Shown here piece after piece: positions 38,301-47,683 of a stretch of DNA of 64,000 bases. Made by a program: the position numbers and the translations under genes. The stretch is taken from positions 5,917-69,916 of IMG/VR virus record IMGVR_UViG_3300017991_000013, one strand, 5' to 3'. Source of the DNA: a virus. Position 1 is the stretch's first letter; each line of letters begins with the position of its first letter. Below the pieces are notes generated by a model. It ran no database searches. It was not told the DNA's origin and saw only the letters and a list, made by a program, of their open reading frames with translations.

Positions 38301-39736
38301 CGGGGACCAACATCACGTGGTCGGGCGGTCAGTTCAACGCGACCGGTGGCGGTGGTTCACCGGGGTCAGACATTCAGAACGTCAAGACCGCGAACGCCGC
38401 GGGGTCCAACAGCGAGTACGCTCGCGACGATCACGAGCACGCCTTCGTTCGACGGACCGCCGGCAACAGTGGGACGCCGCACTACTCGGGGATCGAGGCC
38501 ACCGGTACAGGGACCGACGAGTGGGGCGTGATCTGGGAAGACGACGAGGCCTACATCACCGACGTGACTCAAGCCTCGCCGTCGGCGGCAGAGAAGAAGG
38601 GCGACCGCTCCGCGGTGGCGCGGGCCAACCACGAACACGGGTTCGACGGTACCGCGTTCGCTGGCGAGGGGCTCGGCTGGGCGACCGACGCCTTCAACGC
38701 CGACTGGGAAGCTACGCTCGGGAACATCGCCTCGGTCAGCGACACGACGGGCGCGGTGGGGTCGAGCACGAAGGTGGCTCGCGCCGATCACAAGCACCTC
38801 TTCAACGGCGCCGCCTTCGCGGGGACCAACATCACCTGGAGCGGCGGGCAGTTCAACGCCTCGGGCGGTGGCGGTACACCGGGGTCCGACATCCAGAACG
38901 TGAAGACCTCGAACGCCGCGGGCTCGAACTCCGAGTATGCTCGCGACGATCACGAGCACGCCTTCGTTCGCCGCACGTCGGGCAACAGCGACTCCGCGCA
39001 CTACTCTGGCTTGGAGGCCACCGGTAGCGGGAGCGACGAGTGGGGTGTGATCTGGGGAGACTCCGGCGGCGAGGTGACCGACGTTCTCACTGGGTCGCCC
39101 TCGACGAAAGAGGGCACGACCAACAAGGTCGCCCGCATCGACCACGAGCACGGGTTCGACGGGACGAACTTCGCGGGCTTCACGATCAAGTGGTACTACG
39201 GTGCGTTCGAGGTGGACGCCACTACGTTCCTCTCTAACTACGCGCCGCGAGACGTGGACACCTATGGCGGCGCTGCGGGCATCGGGACCGACGCGAGTAA
39301 GAGCGATCACAAGCACGGGTTCGACGGGACGAACTTCGCGGGCAACAACATCACGTGGTCGAGCAATCAGTTCCACGTCTCCGACGGCGCGGGTCTCTCC
39401 CCCTCGACCGAGGTTCCCCTCGACGTCGACGGCACCAGCGGGGCGGCGGGCTCAGGTACGCCTTATTCAAGAGAGGATCACGAACACGGGTTCGACGGTA
39501 CCAGCTTCGCGGGCTCGAACATCTCGTGGAGCGGTGGGCAGTTCAACGCGACCAACACCACCTACACCGCGGGCGACGGGCTCGACCTATCGGGCACCGA
39601 GTTCAGCGTGAAGCTCGCAGCCTCGAACCCGGGGCTGGAGTTCGTGGGCACGGGTACCGACGAGCTGGACGTGAAGCTCAAGGGCAGCGGCGGTCTAGCG
39701 AAGGACAGCAGCGGGCTCTACGTCGTGTGGGAGTAG
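35315..39736 (+). CDS. tail tip/hub protein with Cys-rich insert and HxH-repeat fibre
   Basis: LPIAYG, SISAYG and D.VE hub motifs; 25-Cys tract; eight H(E/K)H repeats. Confidence 0.8.
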   Translation: MRSLTGPTNTEKNSTSTKPRLVVRVDWPSPIGTKYYSEQALTISGGVVTEARLVSTGVVDMPLNPDQANSLNVISDFSFVLRDEDAVIREYVQEVQTEKSPVYIYQHFVGNAVADLTLLMKGMLSSPISKDTSRATMRFDVEDVVALFEKNIGTIANQSDFPDVWREDEGKMLPIAYGKVPRVQSVCIQRGYTTVLAEDIDATQDSFHVKNGEHFPQGENINIRVGTEEMRGSFDGVKFTAIQRPRRVHEAQTTHRCGGARRLRDFRLPVDFPTDNELKGYRVRLFIFGFSVRRTIIAYDARLGVIKVDRPFYKELNPFIGERVPRGATYYIETPTSKHSRGEIVEHVLPSGIVYACNDAPSRSITNIEVRAQFKIAAATSDEVKQEETENRFTPINPSDYVVKLNDTSWGLGHGITTIRFKRPLDLIEPNIVEDGLWVTFKATVDGSNNLIEDPDKVTYDLLTRHAGVSASDLDLASFNAVNPLVNHLDMAFALHETKNGLDVAADLAFQSRSVLVWEAGKGYLRYLTNSPAAAATSTVDQDDIQLTTPRLSLTPVEQLFTSVYARYTDDDDTKFVVVEDTSAISAYGRIQKRVELWAYQTRSSAAEIAAFWLKRWAFVYEWLQVRTFLTRLEVQRLDTVEMDAGDVVPSGVKGIVEHVKQSPGSGTSGQMDLIELEVRLPRGPGCDTSLCEICQATCETGQETCVACETGEACAYCDSCQDFHELSGGCGVVTESAGDGDCTYSEGSPCTSQWGCGVTEQGDGDICQDWEQNHCTDTCMISCEPWRETGWDDSIDYCPTDTGICDSIMCSVDDVFHDTEDDPNCGETWCGLTETNCADSVQAEGCGWLCESVETNDEEWYDDKLNVGFEQPTQVTDGDRESDLSYPFYIWAQTDSLGVRGRPTKGAPLEVFNRNIEWHHSEVPEDNGLYVTDNIVGTDLGLSYLEGQIFPTWETDEAYITDVSQASPSAAQKKGDTTKVARSNHEHGFDGSAFAGTNITWSGGQFNATGGGGSPGSDIQNVKTANAAGSNSEYARDDHEHAFVRRTAGNSGTPHYSGIEATGTGTDEWGVIWEDDEAYITDVTQASPSAAEKKGDRSAVARANHEHGFDGTAFAGEGLGWATDAFNADWEATLGNIASVSDTTGAVGSSTKVARADHKHLFNGAAFAGTNITWSGGQFNASGGGGTPGSDIQNVKTSNAAGSNSEYARDDHEHAFVRRTSGNSDSAHYSGLEATGSGSDEWGVIWGDSGGEVTDVLTGSPSTKEGTTNKVARIDHEHGFDGTNFAGFTIKWYYGAFEVDATTFLSNYAPRDVDTYGGAAGIGTDASKSDHKHGFDGTNFAGNNITWSSNQFHVSDGAGLSPSTEVPLDVDGTSGAAGSGTPYSREDHEHGFDGTSFAGSNISWSGGQFNATNTTYTAGDGLDLSGTEFSVKLAASNPGLEFVGTGTDELDVKLKGSGGLAKDSSGLYVVWE
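38296..39055 (+). repeat. intragenic duplication of about 240 bp (approx. 38296-38535 and 38815-39055)
   Basis: FAGTNITWSGGQFNA..GGG.PGSDIQNVKT.NAAGSNSEYARDDHEHAFVRRT.GNS..HYSG.EATG.G.DEWGVIW occurs twice. Confidence 0.85.
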
Positions 39737-39739
39737 GTC

Positions 39740-40792
39740 GTGGCTTGGTCGGACTTCGCTTCGCTGGTGGCCGGCACCAGCCAGATGCAGCTCTCCCACT
39801 TCAACGACATTCGGTCGGCGTTGATCGAGCGGTGCGACTGGGTCGGTGACTCGACACAGAAGACCGCGGCGCAGGCTCTCTCTACTACCAACCCCTTCAA
39901 CACCACGTGGCTGATCGCGGCGCGTGACATCTGTCAGGCGCTGTGCACGCAGTACAACCGCCCCGGCTTAGCGTACGCCTCTGGGTCTGCGCACGGATTC
40001 TGGTCCGTGGTCAGCATGAAGAACTATCTGCACTCCACCTATGGTGAACCGGGCGGCATGGGGTACATCGCTCCGAACTACAACTGGATTCTTCGCCCGA
40101 CACGAAAGGGCACCTTGACCACCGGCAAGGACATGCCGGCCGCGACGTACCATCCCTACCTCGAACACATCATGGGGTTGTACTACGTCATCAACGACAT
40201 CCTTCGTTGGATACCGACGACGCACGTCTACACCGGACCGATCCGGATGAAGTCCGCCAGCAAGGCGAGCTTCTTTCAGTCAACGCCCGCCATCGCTTGG
40301 ACCGCGATGAAGGCCGCGACCCCAGCACTAAGTGGATTTGTCTCTACCGCGAACTTCGCGTCGTGCTCTATCTCTGGCGGGTCTAGTTTCAACGGTGGTG
40401 ACCAGCGCGGCATCTTCTACAAGAAGGTCAGCAACGCGTGGCTCGTCGCGCCTTCGGGGTTCGACGCGGTGAAGTTCTTGTTCAAGACAGGCGTGGGCGT
40501 TTCCTTCCTCGGACCCTACAAGATGCTGGCGAACATCACCGCCACCGCGTCCGGAGCGTATACCACAGGTAGCGCGTTCAAGTCTTCGTTCTCAATGGGT
40601 GCAGCGAACACCTATCTTGAGTTCGACGCGGACAACCCCGGGAACTGGCCGGTCACAACCGGAACGATTCCGATGCTGATCTATAACCCCACCTATGACA
40701 CAACGCAGACCGCGAACTTCGACGAGTCCGCCGGGACCGATGCGGCGAACTTGGGCTTTACCTTGAAACCGACCACGAGTTACGGAACCTGA
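39740..40792 (+). CDS. putative tail/receptor-binding protein
   Basis: HFNDIR.AL N-terminal motif; S/T/G/aromatic-rich; lower GC3 than neighbours. Confidence 0.55.
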   Translation: MAWSDFASLVAGTSQMQLSHFNDIRSALIERCDWVGDSTQKTAAQALSTTNPFNTTWLIAARDICQALCTQYNRPGLAYASGSAHGFWSVVSMKNYLHSTYGEPGGMGYIAPNYNWILRPTRKGTLTTGKDMPAATYHPYLEHIMGLYYVINDILRWIPTTHVYTGPIRMKSASKASFFQSTPAIAWTAMKAATPALSGFVSTANFASCSISGGSSFNGGDQRGIFYKKVSNAWLVAPSGFDAVKFLFKTGVGVSFLGPYKMLANITATASGAYTTGSAFKSSFSMGAANTYLEFDADNPGNWPVTTGTIPMLIYNPTYDTTQTANFDESAGTDAANLGFTLKPTTSYGT

Positions 40793-40804
40793 AAGGAGGA
40801 ACAC

Positions 40805-41896
40805 ATGCCACGGCCGGGCGCGCGGTCGATGGTACTGAACATCAGCCATCGATGTAACCTGAGGTGCAAGTACTGCTTCGTCGACCTCGAGAACGAGATG
40901 ATGTCGAAGGAGGTCGTCAAGAAGGCGGCGAAGGTAATTCCCTGGCGAGACCCGCGAAAGGGTCCCGAGTTCATCTCGTTCTTCGGCGGGGAGCCGCTTA
41001 CCAACTTCAAGCTGATCGAGTACGTGGCGCAGCTCTTCCCGAGAGCTACGCTTCACGTCACGACCAACGGGACACTGATCGACCCCGCGATGATCCGTCT
41101 GTTCCAGACGCGGAAGTTCACCTTCATCGTTTCGCTCGACGGCGACAAGGAAACCCACGACGCGAACCGAGTCTACGCTGACGGTCGCGGCTCGTGGGAG
41201 GACGTCGTCAAGGGCTTGGTCAAGCTCCGCGACGCCAAGCTCACGGGGCGGGTCACCCTCCGCGGGACCTACACCATAGACAACCCGAACCTCTCGTCGC
41301 GGGTCCTCGCGCTCAACGAGGTAGCCGACGAGGGTCTGGCGCACGCCTGCGCCGTCGAGCCCGCCGACGACCGCACCGACGAGTACACCGCCGAGCACTG
41401 GAAGGAGTTCGCGGACCAGTATCAGCAAGCGGTCGACTGGTGCGTGGAGCGACTCTTCCGAGGGAAGCGTGCTCGCTGGCGGATCATGGAGAAGTTCTAC
41501 GCTCGCGTGAAGACACACCAGCTCCACGCCGCCACCTGCGGCGGAGCCATCGGTGTCTTCACGATCAACCCCGGCGGGGAAATCTTCGCGTGCCACCGAG
41601 AGGGCGACACGCAGGTCGGGCACGTGGACACGGGGCTAGAGCAGGAGCGCCTCGACCAGTGGGCCTGCAACCGCCACGTCAACGCCAAGCTGGACTGCCG
41701 CTTCTGCGGCGCGGCGTTGATCTGCGGCGGACCCTGCCGCTACTCGTCGCTCCGCAACTGCGGCTCGCAGAACGAACCCTTCCTCGTGGACTGCCGCGTG
41801 CGCGGCGTCACCGCACTCAACGCCTACCGCCTAGCTGCGAACAAGCACTGGGACAGCGTGTTGACGCCATGGCTGAGAGACGCCAAGCGGCGATAG
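40805..41896 (+). CDS. radical SAM/SPASM-domain enzyme
   Basis: CNLRCKYC, FFGGEPL, TTNGT, SLDG..HD.NR; SPASM C..G.IFAC..CRFC.....CGGPC. Confidence 0.93.
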   Translation: MPRPGARSMVLNISHRCNLRCKYCFVDLENEMMSKEVVKKAAKVIPWRDPRKGPEFISFFGGEPLTNFKLIEYVAQLFPRATLHVTTNGTLIDPAMIRLFQTRKFTFIVSLDGDKETHDANRVYADGRGSWEDVVKGLVKLRDAKLTGRVTLRGTYTIDNPNLSSRVLALNEVADEGLAHACAVEPADDRTDEYTAEHWKEFADQYQQAVDWCVERLFRGKRARWRIMEKFYARVKTHQLHAATCGGAIGVFTINPGGEIFACHREGDTQVGHVDTGLEQERLDQWACNRHVNAKLDCRFCGAALICGGPCRYSSLRNCGSQNEPFLVDCRVRGVTALNAYRLAANKHWDSVLTPWLRDAKRR

Positions 41897-43581
41897 TCAG
41901 GGAAGCGGGCGGCCTCGGAGACGCGACCCAGTGTCTCAGCGTCTGCCGCGCCTACAAGGCGGCGGGCTACGAGGTGACCTACTTCATCCTGGACTGGTAC
42001 GAGAACTACGTTCGCCACTCGCCGGACGTCGACCGGGTGGTGGGCGTAGGGTTCCGTGAGCGGCGAGGCCGCGACCAGATGCTCGACCCGAAACGCTTCC
42101 CCTACCTGCTCTCCACGGGGATCGAGTTCGACGAGGTCGTAGACCTCTGGTGCCCGGTCAACTACTACGAGCGGGTCTGCCCCGGCCCCGTGGACAAGGA
42201 TCGCATGGAGCTTTGGTTCCGCGCGGCCTCCGTTCCCTTCGCGGGGCTCGGGCGCTTGCAGTTCTCGGCCGAGGAGGAGAAGCTGGTCGAGGGGACCGTG
42301 CGCGGCCTGCTCGACTGGAAGACCGCCGACGACTACGTGATCGTGGTGCCCTACGCCACGGGGCGGGATCGTAGCTGGCCGCCGTCGCGGTGGCGCAAGG
42401 TGATCGACGGGTTGCGGGCGCGGCGCCAGAACGTCATCACATTCGTCGACAAGCCCAGCTTGAAGCGGCAGTTCCCGTTCCCTCAACTGGGCAAGGTGCC
42501 CTTCTGGGTAGTCGCCGCCGTGGTGAAGCGAGCCAAGCTGGTGCTGTCGGTAGACACCGGGCCGCTGCACATGGCGGGAATGATGGGCGTGCCAACGATC
42601 GGGCTGTTCGGGTGCACCGACGGAGAGCTGACCTGCAACCCCTACCCGCGAGCACACTGGATTCAAGGTCGGGTCTGCGGGCCCTGCTACTACACGGTGC
42701 GTCGCGGCTGGTCTCCGAGGTGCCGCAAGGTCGGGTGCCGCTCCATGCTCCAGATCAAACCGCAGCAGGTACTCGACTACGTGGACCGCGTGCTCAAGAA
42801 CCTGCCAGCAGAACGACGAGCGGTGGACCGCAGCGGACTCGCGGTCTGCACGATCGCGTACAACGAGCCAACCCTAATGCGGCGGTGGCTGGAGTACTAC
42901 TACGACAAGGCAGACGAACTCGTGGTCGTGTACGGACGGGTCTCGAAGTATCCGCGCGTGGAGAACGACGTCACCCCAAACATCGTGTCTCAGTTCCCCG
43001 ATCCCGAGCACAAGATACAGCTCGTCGCTCGAAAGGTCTGGGACAGCAAGGCGGCCATGCAGAACGCGTGGCTCGACCGCTCCCGCTGCGGCGTGATCGC
43101 GTACCCCGACATCGACGAGTACATCGACGACGTCGAGGCTATCCGCGAGGTGTTCGAGAGGGGCGGCGTTTCCTCCGCGACGCTGCCGTTCCAGCACTAC
43201 TACCGCGACACCGATCACGTCGTAGTGGGCGGGCGGTTCGACACGCAGGTAATGCGCGTGATCCGCAGGCAACACGGGTTCCGCTTTCGCGGCAGGTTCG
43301 ACAGGTACGAGGGGCCCGGCGGCGCGTACCACAAGGCCAACTCTACCCCGCTGTCCGTGATCGTCCATCACTACGGGTACGCCAAGCCGCTGTCAGAGAT
43401 GCGGGCCAAGCACGTCTTTTACTGCGCCCGCGATAACGGGGTGCACCGCGATAACCCAAACTGGTTCGCCGACGAGTACCCCAACGAGCCCGGGGAAAAG
43501 ACGCGCGTGGTGCCGGTCGGAACGTGGTGTCCGTTGCCGCCGTTCCGCGTGTGCAAGGAGAATATAAAGAAGCTGGTTTAA
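41869..43581 (+). CDS. GT9 (heptosyltransferase-like) + GT2 fusion glycosyltransferase
   Basis: GGLGD, RSWP..RW, SVDTGPLHMA..GVPTIGLFG; then IAYNE, DIDE and HHYGY. Confidence 0.88.
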   Translation: MAERRQAAIVREAGGLGDATQCLSVCRAYKAAGYEVTYFILDWYENYVRHSPDVDRVVGVGFRERRGRDQMLDPKRFPYLLSTGIEFDEVVDLWCPVNYYERVCPGPVDKDRMELWFRAASVPFAGLGRLQFSAEEEKLVEGTVRGLLDWKTADDYVIVVPYATGRDRSWPPSRWRKVIDGLRARRQNVITFVDKPSLKRQFPFPQLGKVPFWVVAAVVKRAKLVLSVDTGPLHMAGMMGVPTIGLFGCTDGELTCNPYPRAHWIQGRVCGPCYYTVRRGWSPRCRKVGCRSMLQIKPQQVLDYVDRVLKNLPAERRAVDRSGLAVCTIAYNEPTLMRRWLEYYYDKADELVVVYGRVSKYPRVENDVTPNIVSQFPDPEHKIQLVARKVWDSKAAMQNAWLDRSRCGVIAYPDIDEYIDDVEAIREVFERGGVSSATLPFQHYYRDTDHVVVGGRFDTQVMRVIRRQHGFRFRGRFDRYEGPGGAYHKANSTPLSVIVHHYGYAKPLSEMRAKHVFYCARDNGVHRDNPNWFADEYPNEPGEKTRVVPVGTWCPLPPFRVCKENIKKLV

Positions 43582-43650
43582 TTTCAGCCGCTTAGGTATT
43601 ATAAGATGATAGAGGGGATGACCCTCCAACAGTAGAACAGCAGAGAGGAG
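43582..43650 (+). promoter_or_regulatory. putative promoter of the replication operon
   Basis: AT-rich gap with GTATTATAA at 43596-43604; strong SD before the helicase. Confidence 0.45.
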
Positions 43651-43656
43651 GAAACC

Positions 43657-45477
43657 ATGGCAACCGGACAGCATACGTTGACAGCCCGCATTGAGGTCAC
43701 GCTAGGAACGGCAGACCGCTTGGCCATCGTGGTCAAGTCTGGCCCGCTGTTTACCGACACGGTCGACCTCATAAAGGGGTTCCCCGAGCGGAAGTGGTCC
43801 GCTCAAGACTATGAGTGGCGCGTGCCGCTCACCGAGAACAACGTCGCCTATCTCCGCTCGTACTTCCTCGAAGAGGAAATGGAGATCGACGACGAGGCTC
43901 GGGTGGCCATATCCTATATTGAAAAGACCCGAGAGTTCGAGGAGAAGAAGGCGCGGCGTCGTTGGGAGTACCTCTTCAACGACAAGGTCCACGAGGTGCC
44001 GCACAAGTTTCACACCGAACCCTATCGTCACCAGACCGTCGCGCTCGATTCCATGCACAACGCAGAGTACTTCGCCCTCCTCATGGAGATGGGCACCGGC
44101 AAGACGAAGGTCGTGCTGGACGAGGCGCTGTGGTGTGCGCGTGAAAGCGACGACCCCTACCGCGTACTGATCGTGGCACCCAAGTCCCTGCTGCTGAACT
44201 GGCGTGCCGAGATCGGAAAGCACCTGCCCGAAGACTTCCCCACGTGGGTGGGTCGGCTGCGTACCGGGGTGAAGGGCTTGGAGTTACTGCTGGACGGCGT
44301 CCGCTCGAAGGCTCGCCTCCAGTTCTACCTCGTGAACTACGAGCGGATACGCTCCATTCTCGAACCGCTCAAGAAGTTCAACTTCGATCTGTGCGTCCTC
44401 GACGAGTCCACGCGGATCAAGAACCCCAACGCGAAGCGGACGAAGGCCACGCACGAGTTGGGGCAGGCGTGCAAGCGTCGAGCGGTCCTCACGGGAACGC
44501 CGGTCACGAACAACGTGTACGACCTCTTCTCGCAGTTTCAGTTTCTCCAGCCCGGCAGCCTCGGGTTCAACTCGTACTACGCGTACAAGAACCACTACTC
44601 GATCATCGAGCGGTGGAAGGCCGGAGAGCGTGGCGGGCAACGCGAGAAACTGCACGGCTTCAAGAACCTCGACGAGCTAAAGCGACGGCTCTCTCGCTGT
44701 TCCTTCGTGGTCAAGAAGGCCCAGTGTCTCGACCTGCCTGACAAGACCTACACCACGCGGGCCGTTGAGATGACGCCGAAGCAGGCCGAGCTGTACAAAG
44801 AGATGGAGCAGTGGTTGATCGCGGCCCTCAACAAGGAGTTCCAGGACGCGAGCAAGACGAGCCACGCGGCGGCGACCATCGTCAAACTGCTGCGGCTCGC
44901 CCAGATCACCTGCGGCTTCCTCAAGAGTCTCGACGGAACCGTGACCCCGATCCCCGGCGGCAACCCGAAGCTCGACGAGCTGGTCTCCATTCTGGAGAAT
45001 GACGTCGACCCCGACCACAAGGTGCTGGTCTGGGCGCGGTTCCGGCAGGACATCAAGGTCATCGAAGAGGCGCTGGCGAAGTACAACCCCGTGGTGCTGC
45101 ACGGCGGGATCAAGGCCGAGCAGCGTTTCGAGAACGCCGAACGCTTCAACAACGACCCGAGCGTGAGAGTACTTATCGGTGAGCCGTCAACCGGCGGCCT
45201 GGGTCTGAACCTCGTGGGTTCGGCCGAGCACCCCTGCACGACGACCGTCTACTACTCCAACGACTTCTCGTTGGAGAAGCGGTTGCAGTCAGAGGATCGG
45301 TGCCACCGGTCAGGGATGCACACGAAGAGTGCGGTAACCTATATCGACCTCGTGTGCGAGGATACCATCGACGAGAGAATCGCCATGATCCTTCAGTCCA
45401 AGAAGTCACTGAGCGAGGCGGTGAAGGACCTCTCGACGATCAAGGAACTGCTGCTGGGAAAGCGGCGGACACAGTAG
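43657..45477 (+). CDS. SNF2-family helicase
   Basis: MEMGTGKT, LDES..IKN, LTGTP, GGLGLNL and QSEDRCHRSG. Confidence 0.93.
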   Translation: MATGQHTLTARIEVTLGTADRLAIVVKSGPLFTDTVDLIKGFPERKWSAQDYEWRVPLTENNVAYLRSYFLEEEMEIDDEARVAISYIEKTREFEEKKARRRWEYLFNDKVHEVPHKFHTEPYRHQTVALDSMHNAEYFALLMEMGTGKTKVVLDEALWCARESDDPYRVLIVAPKSLLLNWRAEIGKHLPEDFPTWVGRLRTGVKGLELLLDGVRSKARLQFYLVNYERIRSILEPLKKFNFDLCVLDESTRIKNPNAKRTKATHELGQACKRRAVLTGTPVTNNVYDLFSQFQFLQPGSLGFNSYYAYKNHYSIIERWKAGERGGQREKLHGFKNLDELKRRLSRCSFVVKKAQCLDLPDKTYTTRAVEMTPKQAELYKEMEQWLIAALNKEFQDASKTSHAAATIVKLLRLAQITCGFLKSLDGTVTPIPGGNPKLDELVSILENDVDPDHKVLVWARFRQDIKVIEEALAKYNPVVLHGGIKAEQRFENAERFNNDPSVRVLIGEPSTGGLGLNLVGSAEHPCTTTVYYSNDFSLEKRLQSEDRCHRSGMHTKSAVTYIDLVCEDTIDERIAMILQSKKSLSEAVKDLSTIKELLLGKRRTQ

Positions 45478-45489
45478 AAGGAGTACATC

Positions 45490-45921
45490 ATGCCTAAGGT
45501 CTGGGTAGTGAAGGCAGCGCACCACAACTTCAACGACGCTACACGGTTCGGTGATCTGTGTTACATCTTCACCGACAACAGCGACCACCGAGACAATCCG
45601 GAGGGCGTAGCTCCACCCACGAAGGTATCGCCCTTCCAGATAGACAAGGTCTCCCTCGCGGTCCGGCAGTTGATCGCCGACGGCTTCGTGTCCGCCGACG
45701 ACTTCCTGTTAATGAGCGGACCGGCGAGCATGATCGCCGCGACGTACGCGGAGTGGCTCTGGGCACTGGGAGAGGTGAAGGTCCTGCTCTTCCACGCCCG
45801 AGCGGGGGAGTACGTTCTGAGGACCGTGAGAGGACACGGGGATGGACAACTCGACAGCAGGTACGAAGCAAACGCTGATGGAGCTAATGAAGGAGGGCAT
45901 GGCGCTCACGCTAACCGCTGA
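45490..45921 (+). CDS. hypothetical protein
   Basis: AAGGAG SD; DFLLMSGP motif. Confidence 0.6.
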   Translation: MPKVWVVKAAHHNFNDATRFGDLCYIFTDNSDHRDNPEGVAPPTKVSPFQIDKVSLAVRQLIADGFVSADDFLLMSGPASMIAATYAEWLWALGEVKVLLFHARAGEYVLRTVRGHGDGQLDSRYEANADGANEGGHGAHANR

Positions 45922-46369
45922 CGGTTTGTCAGAGGCGGTGGGCAAGGAAGACGAGACAGCGGGCAAGGTCGCGGAACTAGCGAACCTGCTGCTCGTCATC
46001 CGGACCGCCAAGGAGTCACTCGACTCCGTGATCAAGGAACTCAACAAGAGCAAGCAGCACATCCAGCGCCGGTTCGTGGCGAGGATGGAAGCGGAGAAGC
46101 TGGACCAGTGCGTGACGGCTGGCCACAAGTTCACGCTCAAGGCGAAGGGCTACTTCTCGTTGCCGCCGAAGAACCAGGCGATGGAACGCGCGGCCGTGAT
46201 CAAGGCCCTCCGAGAAGACCCGCAGACCGCACCGCTCGTATACGACGACGTGGTCTCGCGGACACTGAACGCCTACTGCGCGGAGCAGCTGGAGAAGGGA
46301 GGTGAGATTCCAGACGGTATCCGTTCGTACATCGAGACAGCGGTTTCCATTCGACAGGTCAACGATTAA
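45842..46369 (+). CDS. conserved replication-module protein (coiled coil)
   Basis: TL.AY..E..E.G..IPDGI motif common upstream of phage ssDNA-binding genes. Confidence 0.65.
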   Translation: MDNSTAGTKQTLMELMKEGMALTLTADGLSEAVGKEDETAGKVAELANLLLVIRTAKESLDSVIKELNKSKQHIQRRFVARMEAEKLDQCVTAGHKFTLKAKGYFSLPPKNQAMERAAVIKALREDPQTAPLVYDDVVSRTLNAYCAEQLEKGGEIPDGIRSYIETAVSIRQVND

Positions 46370-46383
46370 AGGAGCAACGCACG

Positions 46384-47154
46384 ATGGGCAAAGAGAAGAA
46401 GGAACTAGCGAAGACGGAGGGCGGTGCGCTGGCACCGCGACCCGATTACATCGGGGAGGGCAACGAGGGCATGGAGCAGATGCGTCCGCAGGACCTCGTC
46501 CTGCCGCGGATCAAGCTCCTGCAGGCACTGAGCCCCGAGGTCGCCGAGGGCGACATGAAAGCGGGGACCATGGTCAACACCCTCACGGGTGAGGTCGTGG
46601 TGGAGAAGGACGAGACCATCGAGTTCGTCCCGGTTCAGCACTACCTGGAGTGGATCGAGTGGGCCCCGCGTTCCTCGAACCAGGGAATCATCGACCGCTC
46701 GCGGGACGCGCAGTCCGAGCTGGCCATGCGCTCGGCCGCCGGAGAGAGCGTCGAGGTAGACGGCCGCAAGAAGTTCGTGGTCACCGAGTACCACAACTTC
46801 GTGGTCGCGGTGCCCTCGCTGGGGCTCGACGTTGCGGGGCTGATCGTGCTGTCCTGCAACCGCTCGTCGCACAAGCGCGGCAAGCAGCTACTCAGCTTGG
46901 CCCGCTTCCGCGGCAAGTGCCCGCTGTTCGCCGGGCGCTACAAGCTGTCGTCGACCCAGGAGACGAACAAGAACAACGAGTCCTACTACAACTACGTCAT
47001 CAAGAACGCTGGCTGGGCGACCGAGGAAGAGTTCGCCGCGCTCAAGCAGGTCCACGAGAGCTTGCAGCAGGTCACGGTGTCCACCGAGCAGGAGGACGAG
47101 CCGGACGCTGCCGGTCCCTCGGGCGACAAGCCCAGCGGTGACGGTGACTTCTAG
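46384..47154 (+). CDS. putative ssDNA-binding protein
   Basis: G.E....DL.LPRIKLLQALSPEV motif; acidic tail ending DGDF. Confidence 0.7.
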   Translation: MGKEKKELAKTEGGALAPRPDYIGEGNEGMEQMRPQDLVLPRIKLLQALSPEVAEGDMKAGTMVNTLTGEVVVEKDETIEFVPVQHYLEWIEWAPRSSNQGIIDRSRDAQSELAMRSAAGESVEVDGRKKFVVTEYHNFVVAVPSLGLDVAGLIVLSCNRSSHKRGKQLLSLARFRGKCPLFAGRYKLSSTQETNKNNESYYNYVIKNAGWATEEEFAALKQVHESLQQVTVSTEQEDEPDAAGPSGDKPSGDGDF

Positions 47155-47262
47155 CCTCAACCTGTTGACGCGAGATTAGATACCTCGGGACCGCGGGGGT
47201 TCGCTGGGCGCTGGTACTAAGGGCGGGGAAGCCCAGCCGTCGGCAGACATCGGGAGTAGAGA

Positions 47263-47640
47263 GTGCCACGAAAGCACGAGCGCGACTTAACCAAGAAACC
47301 TACGACGTGTGCCCTCGGCGGCTGCGAGAACCGCGGCCCCGAGAAGTGCCCGTTGTGTAAGCACTACACGCCGTCTCGTGGTTCGCGTTACTACTACTGC
47401 GCGAGGTACACCGCCAGCAGGGTCACCTGCGACAAGGATCACGACGAGTGTCAGACGTGCACTTACTACGAGGGCGGCGAGGGCTTCGGCTCTGGCCGTC
47501 CGAACTTCTCGGGTGTCGATTGGCAGGACCCAGAAGAGCGGGCCGCGTACATGAGGAAGTACATGCGCGAGTACCGCAAGCGCAAACGAGTGGAGCGCGA
47601 GAAGAAGCGTGCCGAGGAGGGAGCGACCGATGAAAAGTAG
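47263..47640 (+). CDS. Cys-rich basic protein (putative zinc-finger DNA-binding protein)
   Basis: 8 Cys; YMRKYMREYRKRKR helix; adjacent to the origin-like element. Confidence 0.6.
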   Translation: MPRKHERDLTKKPTTCALGGCENRGPEKCPLCKHYTPSRGSRYYYCARYTASRVTCDKDHDECQTCTYYEGGEGFGSGRPNFSGVDWQDPEERAAYMRKYMREYRKRKRVEREKKRAEEGATDEK

Positions 47641-47683
47641 TCGGGCGCGGGCACGTTTCTTCGCGGGTTCCAGCGAGCGTTCT

